A DNA stretch of 64,000 bases from an uncultured Clostridia bacterium. GTDB taxonomy: Bacteria; Bacillota; Clostridia; Oscillospirales; Ruminococcaceae. The DNA lies in NCBI GenBank assembly GCA_947589035.1, contig CANPYZ010000007.1, positions 13,199 through 77,198 on the forward strand, written 5' to 3'. How positions within the stretch are numbered: the stretch's first letter is position 1; every line of letters starts with the position of its first letter. The notes beneath the pieces are model-generated. The model saw only the letters and a program-made list of their open reading frames with translations, did not search any database and was not told the DNA's origin. This document shows positions 45,555 to 54,903 of the stretch, piece after piece. The position numbers and the translations under genes are program-made.

Positions 45555-48500
45555 TTATTTTTTGTTTGCTTCACCTTCACGAGGTCCAATTTCTTTCGTG
45601 TACTTCGGCAGTGGTTCAGGCAAAATGTTGTACCAGTCAGGATTATTGCCTGCACCATACTCAGCTGCATATACCAGAATATATGCTGCATCTTCTGCAT
45701 TCAAAGCATTGCTTGTGTAAGGTGTGCCGTTGGAATCATTAGCACCATGGTCTTCTGATTCTCCTGTTACATCACTGAGGAAGTAAACGAAATTCTCAAG
45801 CAATTCATCATCTGCTGTGTTGATAGGCGTTGGCTGTCCTGCACCATAATTTGCTGCATAAGTCAAAACTAATGCTGCATCTACTGCGTTCGGAATACCA
45901 TTCAAGGAAGTATCGCCCTTCACACCGATAAAGACTTCACCTGTTACCGGCTTAGCATCTGCTACTGTTCCGTCTTCTGCAACTGTAACGAATTTTACTT
46001 CTACACCTTCAGCGGCGTTAGCATCTACAATTGTAAATTCAATCGGGCTTCTGAAATATGCATTCGTGCCTTCTTCACCCATCACTACAGAAGGTTCAAT
46101 TGCTGTGTCGTAAATTCCCTTCGGACTTGCTACCTGTTCGCTGGAAAGATGATATGTTTTATCATTGAATACCAGATCCTGTTCCGGAATTTCAAAGCTT
46201 ACGCCGTCAAATTCGTTCGCAATTGTCCAGTCGCTGTATTCATTTCCGGCAATTGGTTCACTGTATTTTTCACGTCTTCTTAATGTAGACATGGAAAGCA
46301 GGTCTTCCGGATCAAATTCTCTTGGGTCATGTGCGAAGTAGAATTTGCCCTTGCCTTCTACATTGTACTGATATTCTATCGTTGTTACGGTTACGCCGTC
46401 CGGCAAAATATCAATATAACCATCTACTTCATTAACATCGACATCTGCCATGCTCATCTTTTGGGCAGTAACTTCCCCGTCAAAGGAAATTGCATATCTG
46501 CCAGGTTCGGCATCTGCTGGAATGTCGAAACTCAGAATAATGACACTGGAGGCGTTGTCTGCCTGTACTGTTCCGCCTGCGGAGTTTTCACCCATGAAGT
46601 GTAATCCATTATTCGTTTTATCAGCCATTGCTTCATAGGCTGTTCCCCATTCAAATCCTGTATAGGTAGGACCTTCGGCAATATCCAAGCTGAAATCAAA
46701 TGCGTTAATGGACAATGCTTCCAAATCATCAGCTTCTACAGAAACTGGAATCTTTACATTCTTTTCGCCTAATGTAGCTGAACGTTTACCAATTTCCCAA
46801 GTTGCCTGAAGATCAGTAACCGGTTTAACAAACTGACTCTCTGTTTCACCTGTCGGTTCATCTGTCGGCGGTTCTGTAGGTGCATTTGTTTGTGTTTCTG
46901 TCGGCGGTTCCGTTGTCGGTGGTTCTGTTGTTACCGGTTCTGTCGGTTCTTTTGTTGCCGGTTGCGTCGACGGTGCTGTTGTTGGTTCTGTCGGTTCTTT
47001 TGTTGCTGGTTGCGTCGACGGTGCTGTTGTTGGTTGCGTTGGTTCTTTTGTTGCTGGTTGCGTCGACGGTGCTGTTGTTGGTTCTGTCGGCTCTGTTGTT
47101 GCTGGTTGCGTTGGTTCTTTTGTTGCCGGTTGCGTCGACGGTGCTGTTGTTGGTTCTGTCGGCTCTGTTGTTGCCGGTTGTGTCGACGGTGCTGTTGTCG
47201 GCTCTGTCGACGGTGCTGTTGTCGGTTGTGTCGACGGTGCTGTTGTCGGTTCTGCTGTCGCACCTTCTACTACTTCAATCCAACCATTCTGCTGTTTCGG
47301 TGTCAATGCAGACATATCTATGTCGTAAACCTGCAAATCTTCAAATGTTAAGTCATATTTGCCTGGTTTTGTCGGTGCGGTGAATGTCACATTGAATACG
47401 ATTGCGCCATCTTCAGCAATTAAGTTTTCATCTAATTTTGTATTTGTTCCGGCAAATGTCATGTTATCTAAATTATCTACGAAAGATAATTCTTCATAAG
47501 CATCACCATTCGCTGCGCCAATTGCTACAGGTCCGTCTACTACGCCCATTTCCATGAGGTAGCTGTTCAAACCGTTTGCATCGCCCTTTACAGTCACCGG
47601 AATGGTTACTTCTGCGCCTGGTGCTACTGTTGCTGTGCCGATAATCCATGTGCCAGGGTCACCTGGTGCAGGTTTTGTCGGTTCTGCTGTTGCCGGTTCT
47701 GTCGTTGGTGCTGCTGTCGGAGGCTCTGTGGTCGGTGCTGCTGTCGGAGGTTCTGTGGTCGGTTCTGCTGTTGCACCTTCTACTACTTCAATCCAACCAT
47801 TCTGCTGTTTCGGTGTTAATGCAGACATATCTATGTCGTAAACCTGCAAATCTTCAAATGTTAAGTCATATTTGCCTGGTTTTGTCGGTGCGGTGAATGT
47901 CACATTGAATACGATTGCGCCATCTTCAGCAATTAAGTTTTCATCTAATTTTGTATTTGTTCCGGCAAATGTCATGTTATCTAAATTATCTACGAAAGAT
48001 AATTCTTCATAAGCATCACCATTCGCTGCGCCAATTGCTACAGGTCCGTCTACTACGCCCATTTCCATGAGGTAGCTGTTCAAACCGTTTGCATCGCCCT
48101 TTACAGTCACCGGAATGGTTACTTCTGCGCCTGGTGCTACTGTTGCTGTGCCGATAATCCATGTGCCAGGGTCACCTGGTGCAGGTTTTGTCGGTTCTGC
48201 TGTTGCCGGTTCTGTCGTTGGTGCTGCTGTCGGAGGCTCTGTGGTCGGTTCTGCTGTTGCACCTTCTACTACTTCAATCCAGCCATTCTGCTGTTTCGGT
48301 GTTAATGCAGACATATCTATGTCGTAAACCTGCAAATCATCGAATGTTAAGTCATATTTGCCTGGTTTTGTCGGTGCGGTGAATGTCACATTGAATACCA
48401 CTGCATCATCTTCAGCAATTAAGTTTTTGTCTAATGTAGTATTTGTTCCGGCAAATGTCATATTATCTAAATTATCTACAAAAGATAATTCTTCATAGGC

Positions 48501-51290
48501 ATTACCATTCGCTGCGGCAGTTGCTACAGGTCCGTCTACTACACCCATTTTCATGAGATAGCTGTTCAAACCGTTTGCATCGCCCTTTACAGTCACCGGA
48601 ATCGTTACTTCTGCACCTGGTGCTACTGTTGCTGTGCCGATAATCCACATACCAGGGTCACCTGGTTCAGGTTTCGTTGCAGGTTCTGTTGTCGGTTCTG
48701 CTGTAGCATCTTCCACTACTTCAATCCAGCCGTCTTCCTTTTCAGGAGTCAAAGCAGCCTGGTTAATGTCGAAAATTTCCAGATTATCAAACGTTAAATC
48801 ATACTTACCAGGTTCTTCCGGTGCGGTAAATGTCACATAAAATACAGCTGCGCCGTTTTCAGCAACAAGATTTTCCTTTAATGCTGTATTCGTTCCGCCG
48901 AATTTCATGTTGTCTAAATTATTTTCGAAAGATAATTCAGCATAGGCTTCACCATTCGCTGCACTAATTGCTACAGGTCCTTTGTCCATGCCCATTTCCA
49001 TGATATAGCTGTTTAAGCCGTTGACATCGCCTTCTACAGTCACTGGAATGGTTACTTCTGCGCCTGGTGCTACAGTCTTTTTGCCAATAATCCACTTACC
49101 AGCAGATTGTGGTGTGTATTCTGTCGTTTCTGCCACTACTTCAATCCAGCCGTTTTCCTTTTCAGGTGCTAATGCGGATTTGTTAATGTCATAAACTTCC
49201 AGATTATCAAATGTCAGATTATATCTTCCAGGTTCTGTCGGTGCGGTAAATGTTACATTAAATACCACTGCGCCGTCTTCAGCAACAAGATTCTTCTTTA
49301 ATTCTGTATTCGTTCCGCCGAATGACATATTATCCAAATTATCTACAAAAGATAATTCTTCATAGGCATTACCATTCGTTGCTTTAGTTGCAACTGGTCC
49401 TTTATCCATGCCCATCTTCATGATGTAGCTGTTCAGACCGTTCACGTCGCCTGTTACGGTTACCGGAATTGTCACTTCTTCGCCTGGTGCTACAGTCTTT
49501 TTGCCAATTACCCACTTACCGGCAGATTCTACTGGAGTATCGCTCTTGACTCTGATCCAGCCGTCTTCTGTTTGCGGAACAAGCTGTGTCATGTCAATGT
49601 CTTCCAAATCAATATCAGCGAATTTCAGGTTATATAATGAACCTGGTGCTGCATCGTCCGGAACTTTAAATTCAATATAGAATACATCGCCGTCAGGGGC
49701 AATAATATTTTCATTTTTAGCGTGATTCGTACCGCCGAAAGATAAATTTTTCAGATTCTGCTCAAAACCAAGTTCTGCATACGCATCACCGATTGCGGCA
49801 TTTGTCGCAACTGGTCCGTCGTCCTGCGTAATCTGTAATTTATAGCTGTTAATTCCGTCCTTGTCGCCTTGTACAGAAACAGGAACTCTTACTGTTTCGC
49901 CTGGTTCAGCTTCTTCTTTGCCAATAATCCATTTTGCAGCGGTGTCTTTCTTATCATGAACAAATTCTGTTTCGTCGTCCACAACTTCAATCCAACCAGC
50001 AGTTGTTTTCGGGTTTAATTTCGTCATGCTGGCATCGTAGATTTCGAGTGTGTCAAACTCAATCATGTATCTGCCTGGTTTAGTCGGAGCAACAAATTTC
50101 ACGGAGAAAACTGTGCCGTCTTCAGCATAATTTTCTTTGCCTTCATTGAAATCTGTACCGCCGAATGTTTTTTCGTCGTTATTGGAAACAAAATCGAATA
50201 TTTCAATACCGTTTGCTGCCTCTTTTGAGGTTACTGCATTGTCATATTTCAATTTTGTGATATAGCTGTTAAAGCCGTCTGTATTGCCTTTAACAGAAAC
50301 GTCAAGGGTGACTTCTTCGCCGGGTTTAGCGGTTGTGTTACCGATTACCCATTCTGCATTAACATCTTTCTGCTGTTCAACAAACTGTGACTCTGTTGGA
50401 GTAGGTGCATTTGTGGGATTCTGCGTGTTGCCTTGTGTCGGGGCTTGAGTCGGGGCTTGTGTAGGCTTAGCAGTCGGGGCTTGAGTCGGGGCTTGTGTAG
50501 GCTTAGCAGTTGGGGCTTGTGTGGGCTTAGCAGTTGGTGTCTGAGTTGGTGCTTGTGTGGGCTTAGCCGTCGGGGGCTGAGTCGGTGCTTGTGTGGCAGG
50601 TTCTGTTGGCTTAGCTGTCGGGGTTTGCGTTACAGGTTCAGTCGGGTCAGCTGACGGGGCTTGTGTCGGCTCGTTGTCGCCGCCAGGAATAGTAATTGTA
50701 CCGCCAGTATAAATAATGTCGGTATATTTTTCCATGGTCTTTGTCGGATCATCATCAGCACCGTCCGGAACATACCCTACAAGCAAATCACAGCCTTCTG
50801 GTGCAGCAAATTCTACATCATATACTGTGCCAGGGGCATAGTCTACGTCTGCCTTAGGCAGCAATAAGTATCTCATGAATGTTGCGCCATCTGGAGCTAT
50901 TTTATTTTGACCAGTTTCTGAATCAGCTACTGCATAATAACCTGTACCTGGTTCCGGAATACCACCAAATCCATATACATTACTATCCACTAATGCTTGC
51001 TTAAACGTAAACGGACAATCCGGATCATCCAGATATTTTCCATCAATAGTAAGTCCTATCTGAAGTCCTGCTGTACCTTGGTCATTGTAAACTTTCAGTT
51101 CAAGAACTAAACCCTTAGCATCTTTTTCAGGGTCAAATGTAGTATCTACAATTTTTAATTCATGTCCGCCTGATTGAGCCACAATAGCATCCGTTGGCGG
51201 CAGGGCATTCAATGCATAAGCTGGAAGTGCGCCTGCGGTCAAAGATGCACACATGCACAACGCTGTCAATGCAGATAATATTCTCTTCAT
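45555..51290 (-). CDS. Giant scaffoldin (ScaB-like): N-terminal cohesin-like module, PT-linker, about 8 cohesin-like modules separated by PT/EPT linkers, X-module and C-terminal XDoc-type dockerin
   Basis: Start at MKRILSALTALCMCASLTAGA (AAAGGAA RBS). About 140-aa repeating module 'W(I/V)IG...APG(A/E)EVTIPVTV.GD.NGLNSY.M.MG..GPVA..AANG.AYEELSF..NLDNM.F.GTN..L..NL.AEDGA.VFNVTFTAP..PG.Y.LTF..L.VYD' has the cohesin beta-sandwich pattern. C-terminus 'NGIPNAVDAALVLTYAANYGAG...NALNAEDAAYILVYAAEYGAG' is a split dockerin with a long insert. Confidence 0.75.
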   Translation of the reverse strand: MKRILSALTALCMCASLTAGALPAYALNALPPTDAIVAQSGGHELKIVDTTFDPEKDAKGLVLELKVYNDQGTAGLQIGLTIDGKYLDDPDCPFTFKQALVDSNVYGFGGIPEPGTGYYAVADSETGQNKIAPDGATFMRYLLLPKADVDYAPGTVYDVEFAAPEGCDLLVGYVPDGADDDPTKTMEKYTDIIYTGGTITIPGGDNEPTQAPSADPTEPVTQTPTAKPTEPATQAPTQPPTAKPTQAPTQTPTAKPTQAPTAKPTQAPTQAPTAKPTQAPTQAPTQGNTQNPTNAPTPTESQFVEQQKDVNAEWVIGNTTAKPGEEVTLDVSVKGNTDGFNSYITKLKYDNAVTSKEAANGIEIFDFVSNNDEKTFGGTDFNEGKENYAEDGTVFSVKFVAPTKPGRYMIEFDTLEIYDASMTKLNPKTTAGWIEVVDDETEFVHDKKDTAAKWIIGKEEAEPGETVRVPVSVQGDKDGINSYKLQITQDDGPVATNAAIGDAYAELGFEQNLKNLSFGGTNHAKNENIIAPDGDVFYIEFKVPDDAAPGSLYNLKFADIDLEDIDMTQLVPQTEDGWIRVKSDTPVESAGKWVIGKKTVAPGEEVTIPVTVTGDVNGLNSYIMKMGMDKGPVATKATNGNAYEELSFVDNLDNMSFGGTNTELKKNLVAEDGAVVFNVTFTAPTEPGRYNLTFDNLEVYDINKSALAPEKENGWIEVVAETTEYTPQSAGKWIIGKKTVAPGAEVTIPVTVEGDVNGLNSYIMEMGMDKGPVAISAANGEAYAELSFENNLDNMKFGGTNTALKENLVAENGAAVFYVTFTAPEEPGKYDLTFDNLEIFDINQAALTPEKEDGWIEVVEDATAEPTTEPATKPEPGDPGMWIIGTATVAPGAEVTIPVTVKGDANGLNSYLMKMGVVDGPVATAAANGNAYEELSFVDNLDNMTFAGTNTTLDKNLIAEDDAVVFNVTFTAPTKPGKYDLTFDDLQVYDIDMSALTPKQQNGWIEVVEGATAEPTTEPPTAAPTTEPATAEPTKPAPGDPGTWIIGTATVAPGAEVTIPVTVKGDANGLNSYLMEMGVVDGPVAIGAANGDAYEELSFVDNLDNMTFAGTNTKLDENLIAEDGAIVFNVTFTAPTKPGKYDLTFEDLQVYDIDMSALTPKQQNGWIEVVEGATAEPTTEPPTAAPTTEPPTAAPTTEPATAEPTKPAPGDPGTWIIGTATVAPGAEVTIPVTVKGDANGLNSYLMEMGVVDGPVAIGAANGDAYEELSFVDNLDNMTFAGTNTKLDENLIAEDGAIVFNVTFTAPTKPGKYDLTFEDLQVYDIDMSALTPKQQNGWIEVVEGATAEPTTAPSTQPTTAPSTEPTTAPSTQPATTEPTEPTTAPSTQPATKEPTQPATTEPTEPTTAPSTQPATKEPTQPTTAPSTQPATKEPTEPTTAPSTQPATKEPTEPVTTEPPTTEPPTETQTNAPTEPPTDEPTGETESQFVKPVTDLQATWEIGKRSATLGEKNVKIPVSVEADDLEALSINAFDFSLDIAEGPTYTGFEWGTAYEAMADKTNNGLHFMGENSAGGTVQADNASSVIILSFDIPADAEPGRYAISFDGEVTAQKMSMADVDVNEVDGYIDILPDGVTVTTIEYQYNVEGKGKFYFAHDPREFDPEDLLSMSTLRRREKYSEPIAGNEYSDWTIANEFDGVSFEIPEQDLVFNDKTYHLSSEQVASPKGIYDTAIEPSVVMGEEGTNAYFRSPIEFTIVDANAAEGVEVKFVTVAEDGTVADAKPVTGEVFIGVKGDTSLNGIPNAVDAALVLTYAANYGAGQPTPINTADDELLENFVYFLSDVTGESEDHGANDSNGTPYTSNALNAEDAAYILVYAAEYGAGNNPDWYNILPEPLPKYTKEIGPREGEANKK
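47280..48300. repeat. Near-identical 513-bp tandem DNA repeat (2 copies plus a diverged third copy to about 48780) encoding whole cohesin modules
   Basis: 47280-47792 and 47793-48305 are almost base-for-base identical. The translated 'PGDPGTWIIGTATVAPGAEVTIPVTVKGDANGLNSYLMEMGVVDGPVAIGAANGDAYEELSFVDNLDNMTFAGTNTKLDENLIAEDGAIVFNVTFTAPTKPGKYDLTFEDLQVYDIDMSALTPKQQNGWIEVVEGATAEPTTEPPTAAPTTE' occurs twice. Confidence 0.85.
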
Positions 51291-51520
51291 TGCACATATT
51301 TCCTTTCTGAAATTTATTTTCAGGACCGTGAACTTATCCATTGCAAATGACAATGGATTTCCTGCTTCAGCGACATCGTGCCGGACATCTCCACAGGCGT
51401 AAATTCGGGCAGTTCATGCCCTATGCTGATACAAAAACCAGCTTTTTTAAAAGTGTGTTCAGACAGGAACTGCCTGAACACAGCTTATATTTTCAGAAAA
51501 GTCCTGTATAAGGGATTAAA

Positions 51521-53494
51521 TCAGGCAGTTGGTCCGAGTTTGTCAACGAGACCGATGAGCCATTTCAGGATTTCTACAGAGTCAGAACCGTTCAGGTCAG
51601 ATTCTTTCGATTTGCCTGGAGTGGTATTTTCAGCACAGTTTGCTACTTCTACCTGATAAGCATCAAGAGCCTGATTGTCATACTTCGTGAGGAATCTGTT
51701 GAGCATAACAATGTCAACGAGTTCTACTTTACCATTCTTGTTTACGTCACCATACAGATATTTAGCAGGGTCATTGCCACTTGTTGCTGGCTGTGTTGCA
51801 GGCTGTGTACCTGGCTGTGTTGCGGGCTGCGTAGCTGGCTGTGTTGCGGGCTGCGTAGCTGGCTGTGTTGCAGGCTGTGTACCTGGCTGTGTTGCGGGCT
51901 GTGTACCTGGCTGTGTTGCGGGCTGCGTAGCAGGTGTTGTTGCAGGCTGTGTAGCTGGTTCTGTTGTTGGAGGTTCTGTCGGGTCGTTGTCGCCACCAGG
52001 AATGGTGATTGTACCACCAAGGTAAGTGATATTATCATATCCTTCCATGGTCTTTGTCGGATCTTCATCAGCACCTTCCGGAACATACCCTACAAGCAAA
52101 TTACAGCCTTCTGGTGCCTGGAACTCTACTTTATATTTTGTGCCAGGAGCATAGTCTACATCTGCCTTAGGCAGCAACAAGTATTTCATGAATGTTGCGC
52201 CGTCTTTAGCTGTTGTATTTTGACCAGTTTCTGAATCAGCTACTGCGTAGTAACCTGTACCTGGTTCCGGAATACCACCAAATCCATATACATTACTATC
52301 CACTAATGCTTGCTTAAACGTAAACGGACAATCCGGATCATCCAGATATTTTCCATCAATAGTAAGTCCTATCTGAAGTCCTGCTGTACCCTGGTCATTG
52401 TAAACTTTCAGTTCAAGAACTAAACCCTTAGCATCTTTTTCAGGGTCAAATGTGGTGTCTTCAATCTTGAGTGTATGACCTTTAATTTCTGCTGGCGGTT
52501 CTGTAGCATCCTGTGTAGCAGGTTGTGTAGCGGGCTGCGTTGCAGGCTGTGTAGCGGGCTGTGTACCAGGCTGTGTTGCAGGTTCTGTTGTTGTATCTGT
52601 TGAGTCGGGTTCTTTAGAAGCATCGCCGATGACGATAGTCAAACCTTCTCTCTTGTTAGGTGTAATCTGCTTAACTGTCTTGTATGTCGGGTCACTGGCA
52701 ACTGGTGTGGAAACAAAGCAGTAATCCATTTCGCCACCATCACTTGTTGCATCAGCTGGTTTATAGAAACTGTCAGCAAAATCCAGTGTGTAAGTACCAT
52801 CTGTAATATCATCAGCAAGTGATACAGTAAAGTTAGCAATCGGGAAAGAGTCGGACTTTTCACCGAGATATGGTGCAGCTTCCTGACTTGCACTGAAGTC
52901 TGATGTCCAGCTCCAGGAAACCCACTGATGGTCATATTTATAATCCGGATAACCTTCATCAGTACCATACATTCCTGCGCCTGTACCACTACTAAATCCT
53001 AACAGGCTATTCTGGCTGAATGTGTTTACAAACATATTTGTACTGAATGTTTCACCTGTTCCATCAGTATATTCTACTGTCGGCGCACCTTCTGCCGGAA
53101 GTGTGTAAGAAGCACCAGCTTCCATGTCCACTTTTTTATCAGAAGATTCTACCAGACCAAGAGACATTTGCACACCAGCCTGTGTAACATCTGCATCAGT
53201 GATATATGCATTTACACCAAAATTTACGCCTGCTGCATCTTTTGCACTGGCAAATGTAATTGTGCTGCCGTCTTCAGAAACTGTAAATTTAGCATCCTGT
53301 TTGTGATAAGTAGAAACGGTTTGCACTTTTCCATCTACTTCTTGTTCTACTGATGTGTAGTAACAATCCGGAATAGCTCTCAGTGCATAACCAAAACTGT
53401 CAGCTGTGTATTCAACAGCGAATACGGACATAATACTTGTGGACATACTTGCTACCATTGTAGCAGCCGTCAGTGCAGAAATTACCTTCTTCAT
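51521..53494 (-). CDS. Scaffoldin-like protein (ScaA-like): N-terminal domain, PT-linker, cohesin-like module, PT-linker, distinct C-terminal dockerin
   Basis: Signal peptide MKKVISALTAATMVASMSTSIMSVFA. The (A/G)TQP x n linkers flank a roughly 165-aa module about 90% identical to the N-terminal module of the 45555 gene. C-terminal 'YGDVNKNGKVELVDIVMLNRFL...ESDLNGSDSVEILKWLIGLV' is a two-repeat dockerin. Confidence 0.7.
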   Translation of the reverse strand: MKKVISALTAATMVASMSTSIMSVFAVEYTADSFGYALRAIPDCYYTSVEQEVDGKVQTVSTYHKQDAKFTVSEDGSTITFASAKDAAGVNFGVNAYITDADVTQAGVQMSLGLVESSDKKVDMEAGASYTLPAEGAPTVEYTDGTGETFSTNMFVNTFSQNSLLGFSSGTGAGMYGTDEGYPDYKYDHQWVSWSWTSDFSASQEAAPYLGEKSDSFPIANFTVSLADDITDGTYTLDFADSFYKPADATSDGGEMDYCFVSTPVASDPTYKTVKQITPNKREGLTIVIGDASKEPDSTDTTTEPATQPGTQPATQPATQPATQPATQDATEPPAEIKGHTLKIEDTTFDPEKDAKGLVLELKVYNDQGTAGLQIGLTIDGKYLDDPDCPFTFKQALVDSNVYGFGGIPEPGTGYYAVADSETGQNTTAKDGATFMKYLLLPKADVDYAPGTKYKVEFQAPEGCNLLVGYVPEGADEDPTKTMEGYDNITYLGGTITIPGGDNDPTEPPTTEPATQPATTPATQPATQPGTQPATQPGTQPATQPATQPATQPATQPATQPGTQPATQPATSGNDPAKYLYGDVNKNGKVELVDIVMLNRFLTKYDNQALDAYQVEVANCAENTTPGKSKESDLNGSDSVEILKWLIGLVDKLGPTA

Positions 53495-53601
53495 AACTAA
53501 TTAGTTCCTTTCTGTTTGGTGTCAGGCGTTTGTCGCCGCCTGCCAAATTATTGATTTTTCTTTTTGTCTCAACATAAGATGTCAGAATTGGCGGACTTAT
53601 T

Positions 53602-54474
53602 TTACAGTTCTGTAATAATTTTTACGATATACTTCATGACATCAAGCGTTTCTGCCGGAGTAATCGTTCCATCTTCGTCCAAATCAGCATTCTTGAACTG
53701 CTGGGGATTAAATGTAGCCTTGCCTAAAATCTGTCTGTTCATGAAAATTACGTCAAGAATGTCTACTGTGTCGTTGCAGTCAGCGTCACCTTTTTTCACC
53801 TTGGTGTCGCCGGAACTGCCTGCGCCGGTAGTGTCTTCTGTCGGATTAGTATCTGTCGGCTTAGGCTCTGTTGGTTTTGTATCGTCTGCTTTGCCAACAA
53901 CAACTGAACCTGCCGTTGTCGTCACGTCGTATGTGGTGACTTTGTCGCCCGACATATTGCCGACATAAATTGCTCCGACATTTTCCCCTGAACCGTCATG
54001 TGTTTCACGGTCAATCGGTGTCACGTCTACTGGATAAGTACCGTCTTTTGTTCCTTCGTTGACCGTTCCGGTGACTGTCAGAAATACGCCGTCTGTGGTT
54101 ACCCAGTATGCAGAATCATCTAATGCTACAGCATAGGTGACATTCGCTGTTCCGGCTTTTGAAGTATCTGTCGAAAATACTGTCAGACCTTCTAAACCTT
54201 CTTTTGAAGTTGCTTCTGTATTGACAATCTTTCCGGCTTCTATGCCCGTAATCGTCAATGCTTTTTCATCATACTTCAATGCAAATTCTGCCGCATTGAT
54301 TCCGGCTTTCGGCACACCCTCCAATTTGAACGAAAGGGTAAATTCCGAACCTGCTGTAGCGGTGGCTTTATCTCCGGTAAGACTTACTGCATCTGCGGCA
54401 AATGCCATTTGCGCTGAAACGGCTGCCAACATCGAAACAGCTGCCAGTCCGGCAACGATTTTTTTCATGCTCAT
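53602..54474 (-). CDS. Single-cohesin + dockerin adaptor scaffoldin (ScaC-like)
   Basis: Signal peptide MSMKKIVAGLAAVSMLAAVSAQMAFA. About 150-aa cohesin-like module 'VSLTGDKATATAGSEFTLSFKLEGVPKAGINAAEFALKYDEKALTITGIEAG...'. PT linker, then dockerin 'GDADCNDTVDILDVIFMNRQILGK...ADLDEDGTITPAETLDVMKYIVKII'. GAGGAGG RBS. Confidence 0.7.
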   Translation of the reverse strand: MSMKKIVAGLAAVSMLAAVSAQMAFAADAVSLTGDKATATAGSEFTLSFKLEGVPKAGINAAEFALKYDEKALTITGIEAGKIVNTEATSKEGLEGLTVFSTDTSKAGTANVTYAVALDDSAYWVTTDGVFLTVTGTVNEGTKDGTYPVDVTPIDRETHDGSGENVGAIYVGNMSGDKVTTYDVTTTAGSVVVGKADDTKPTEPKPTDTNPTEDTTGAGSSGDTKVKKGDADCNDTVDILDVIFMNRQILGKATFNPQQFKNADLDEDGTITPAETLDVMKYIVKIITEL

Positions 54475-54903
54475 CTCGCTCGTCCTCCTCTTATTGAATT
54501 TAGAAATTTTATTCCTGGAAACTCTGAAAATTTTTTCCAGTTTAGCTTAACAGGACTGCCCCTCATCTACTACTTATAGTTATTATAGGACAAATTCGCA
54601 CATAAGTCAAGAGAATTTCTTATACTTTGTACAGATTACCAAAACAAGCACATTTTTTTTGTGCATTTTGCTATGCAAATCCTGTTCTTTTTTATTATAC
54701 ATCACTTTCGAAAAAATGTAAAGCCTTTTTTGGATTTTTCTGAAAAATCTCACTTTTTCACAAAAATTTCTTCCCATTTTCTTCCCTGATTCCGAATTTG
54801 TACAGTCACAAAATTTCTTTCAGGTTGGTTTCAGCTTTCTTCTTTCTCATGTGATTTTATTATAACATATTTTTTTCCGTCTGTCAAGAGTTTTTGAAAA
54901 TTT

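Noticed and set aside
46880-47383. Overlapping ORFs 46880-47383, 46890-47351, 46931-47263 and the pairs 47602-47841 / 48115-48327 and 47648-47896 / 48161-48382
   Set aside because: They are antisense or frame-shifted readings of the PT-linker and cohesin repeats of the scaffoldin gene on the minus strand. Identical pairs simply reflect the 513-bp tandem DNA repeat.
54475-54903. 430-bp intergenic region upstream of the ScaC-like gene, considered as a possible small RNA or riboswitch
   Set aside because: It is AT-rich with no convincing conserved hairpin set or recognisable riboswitch core. It is most simply a long 5' UTR/promoter region. ORF 54831-55115 within it overlaps the CapA gene end and is low-complexity (KKMKKKMKKKMK).
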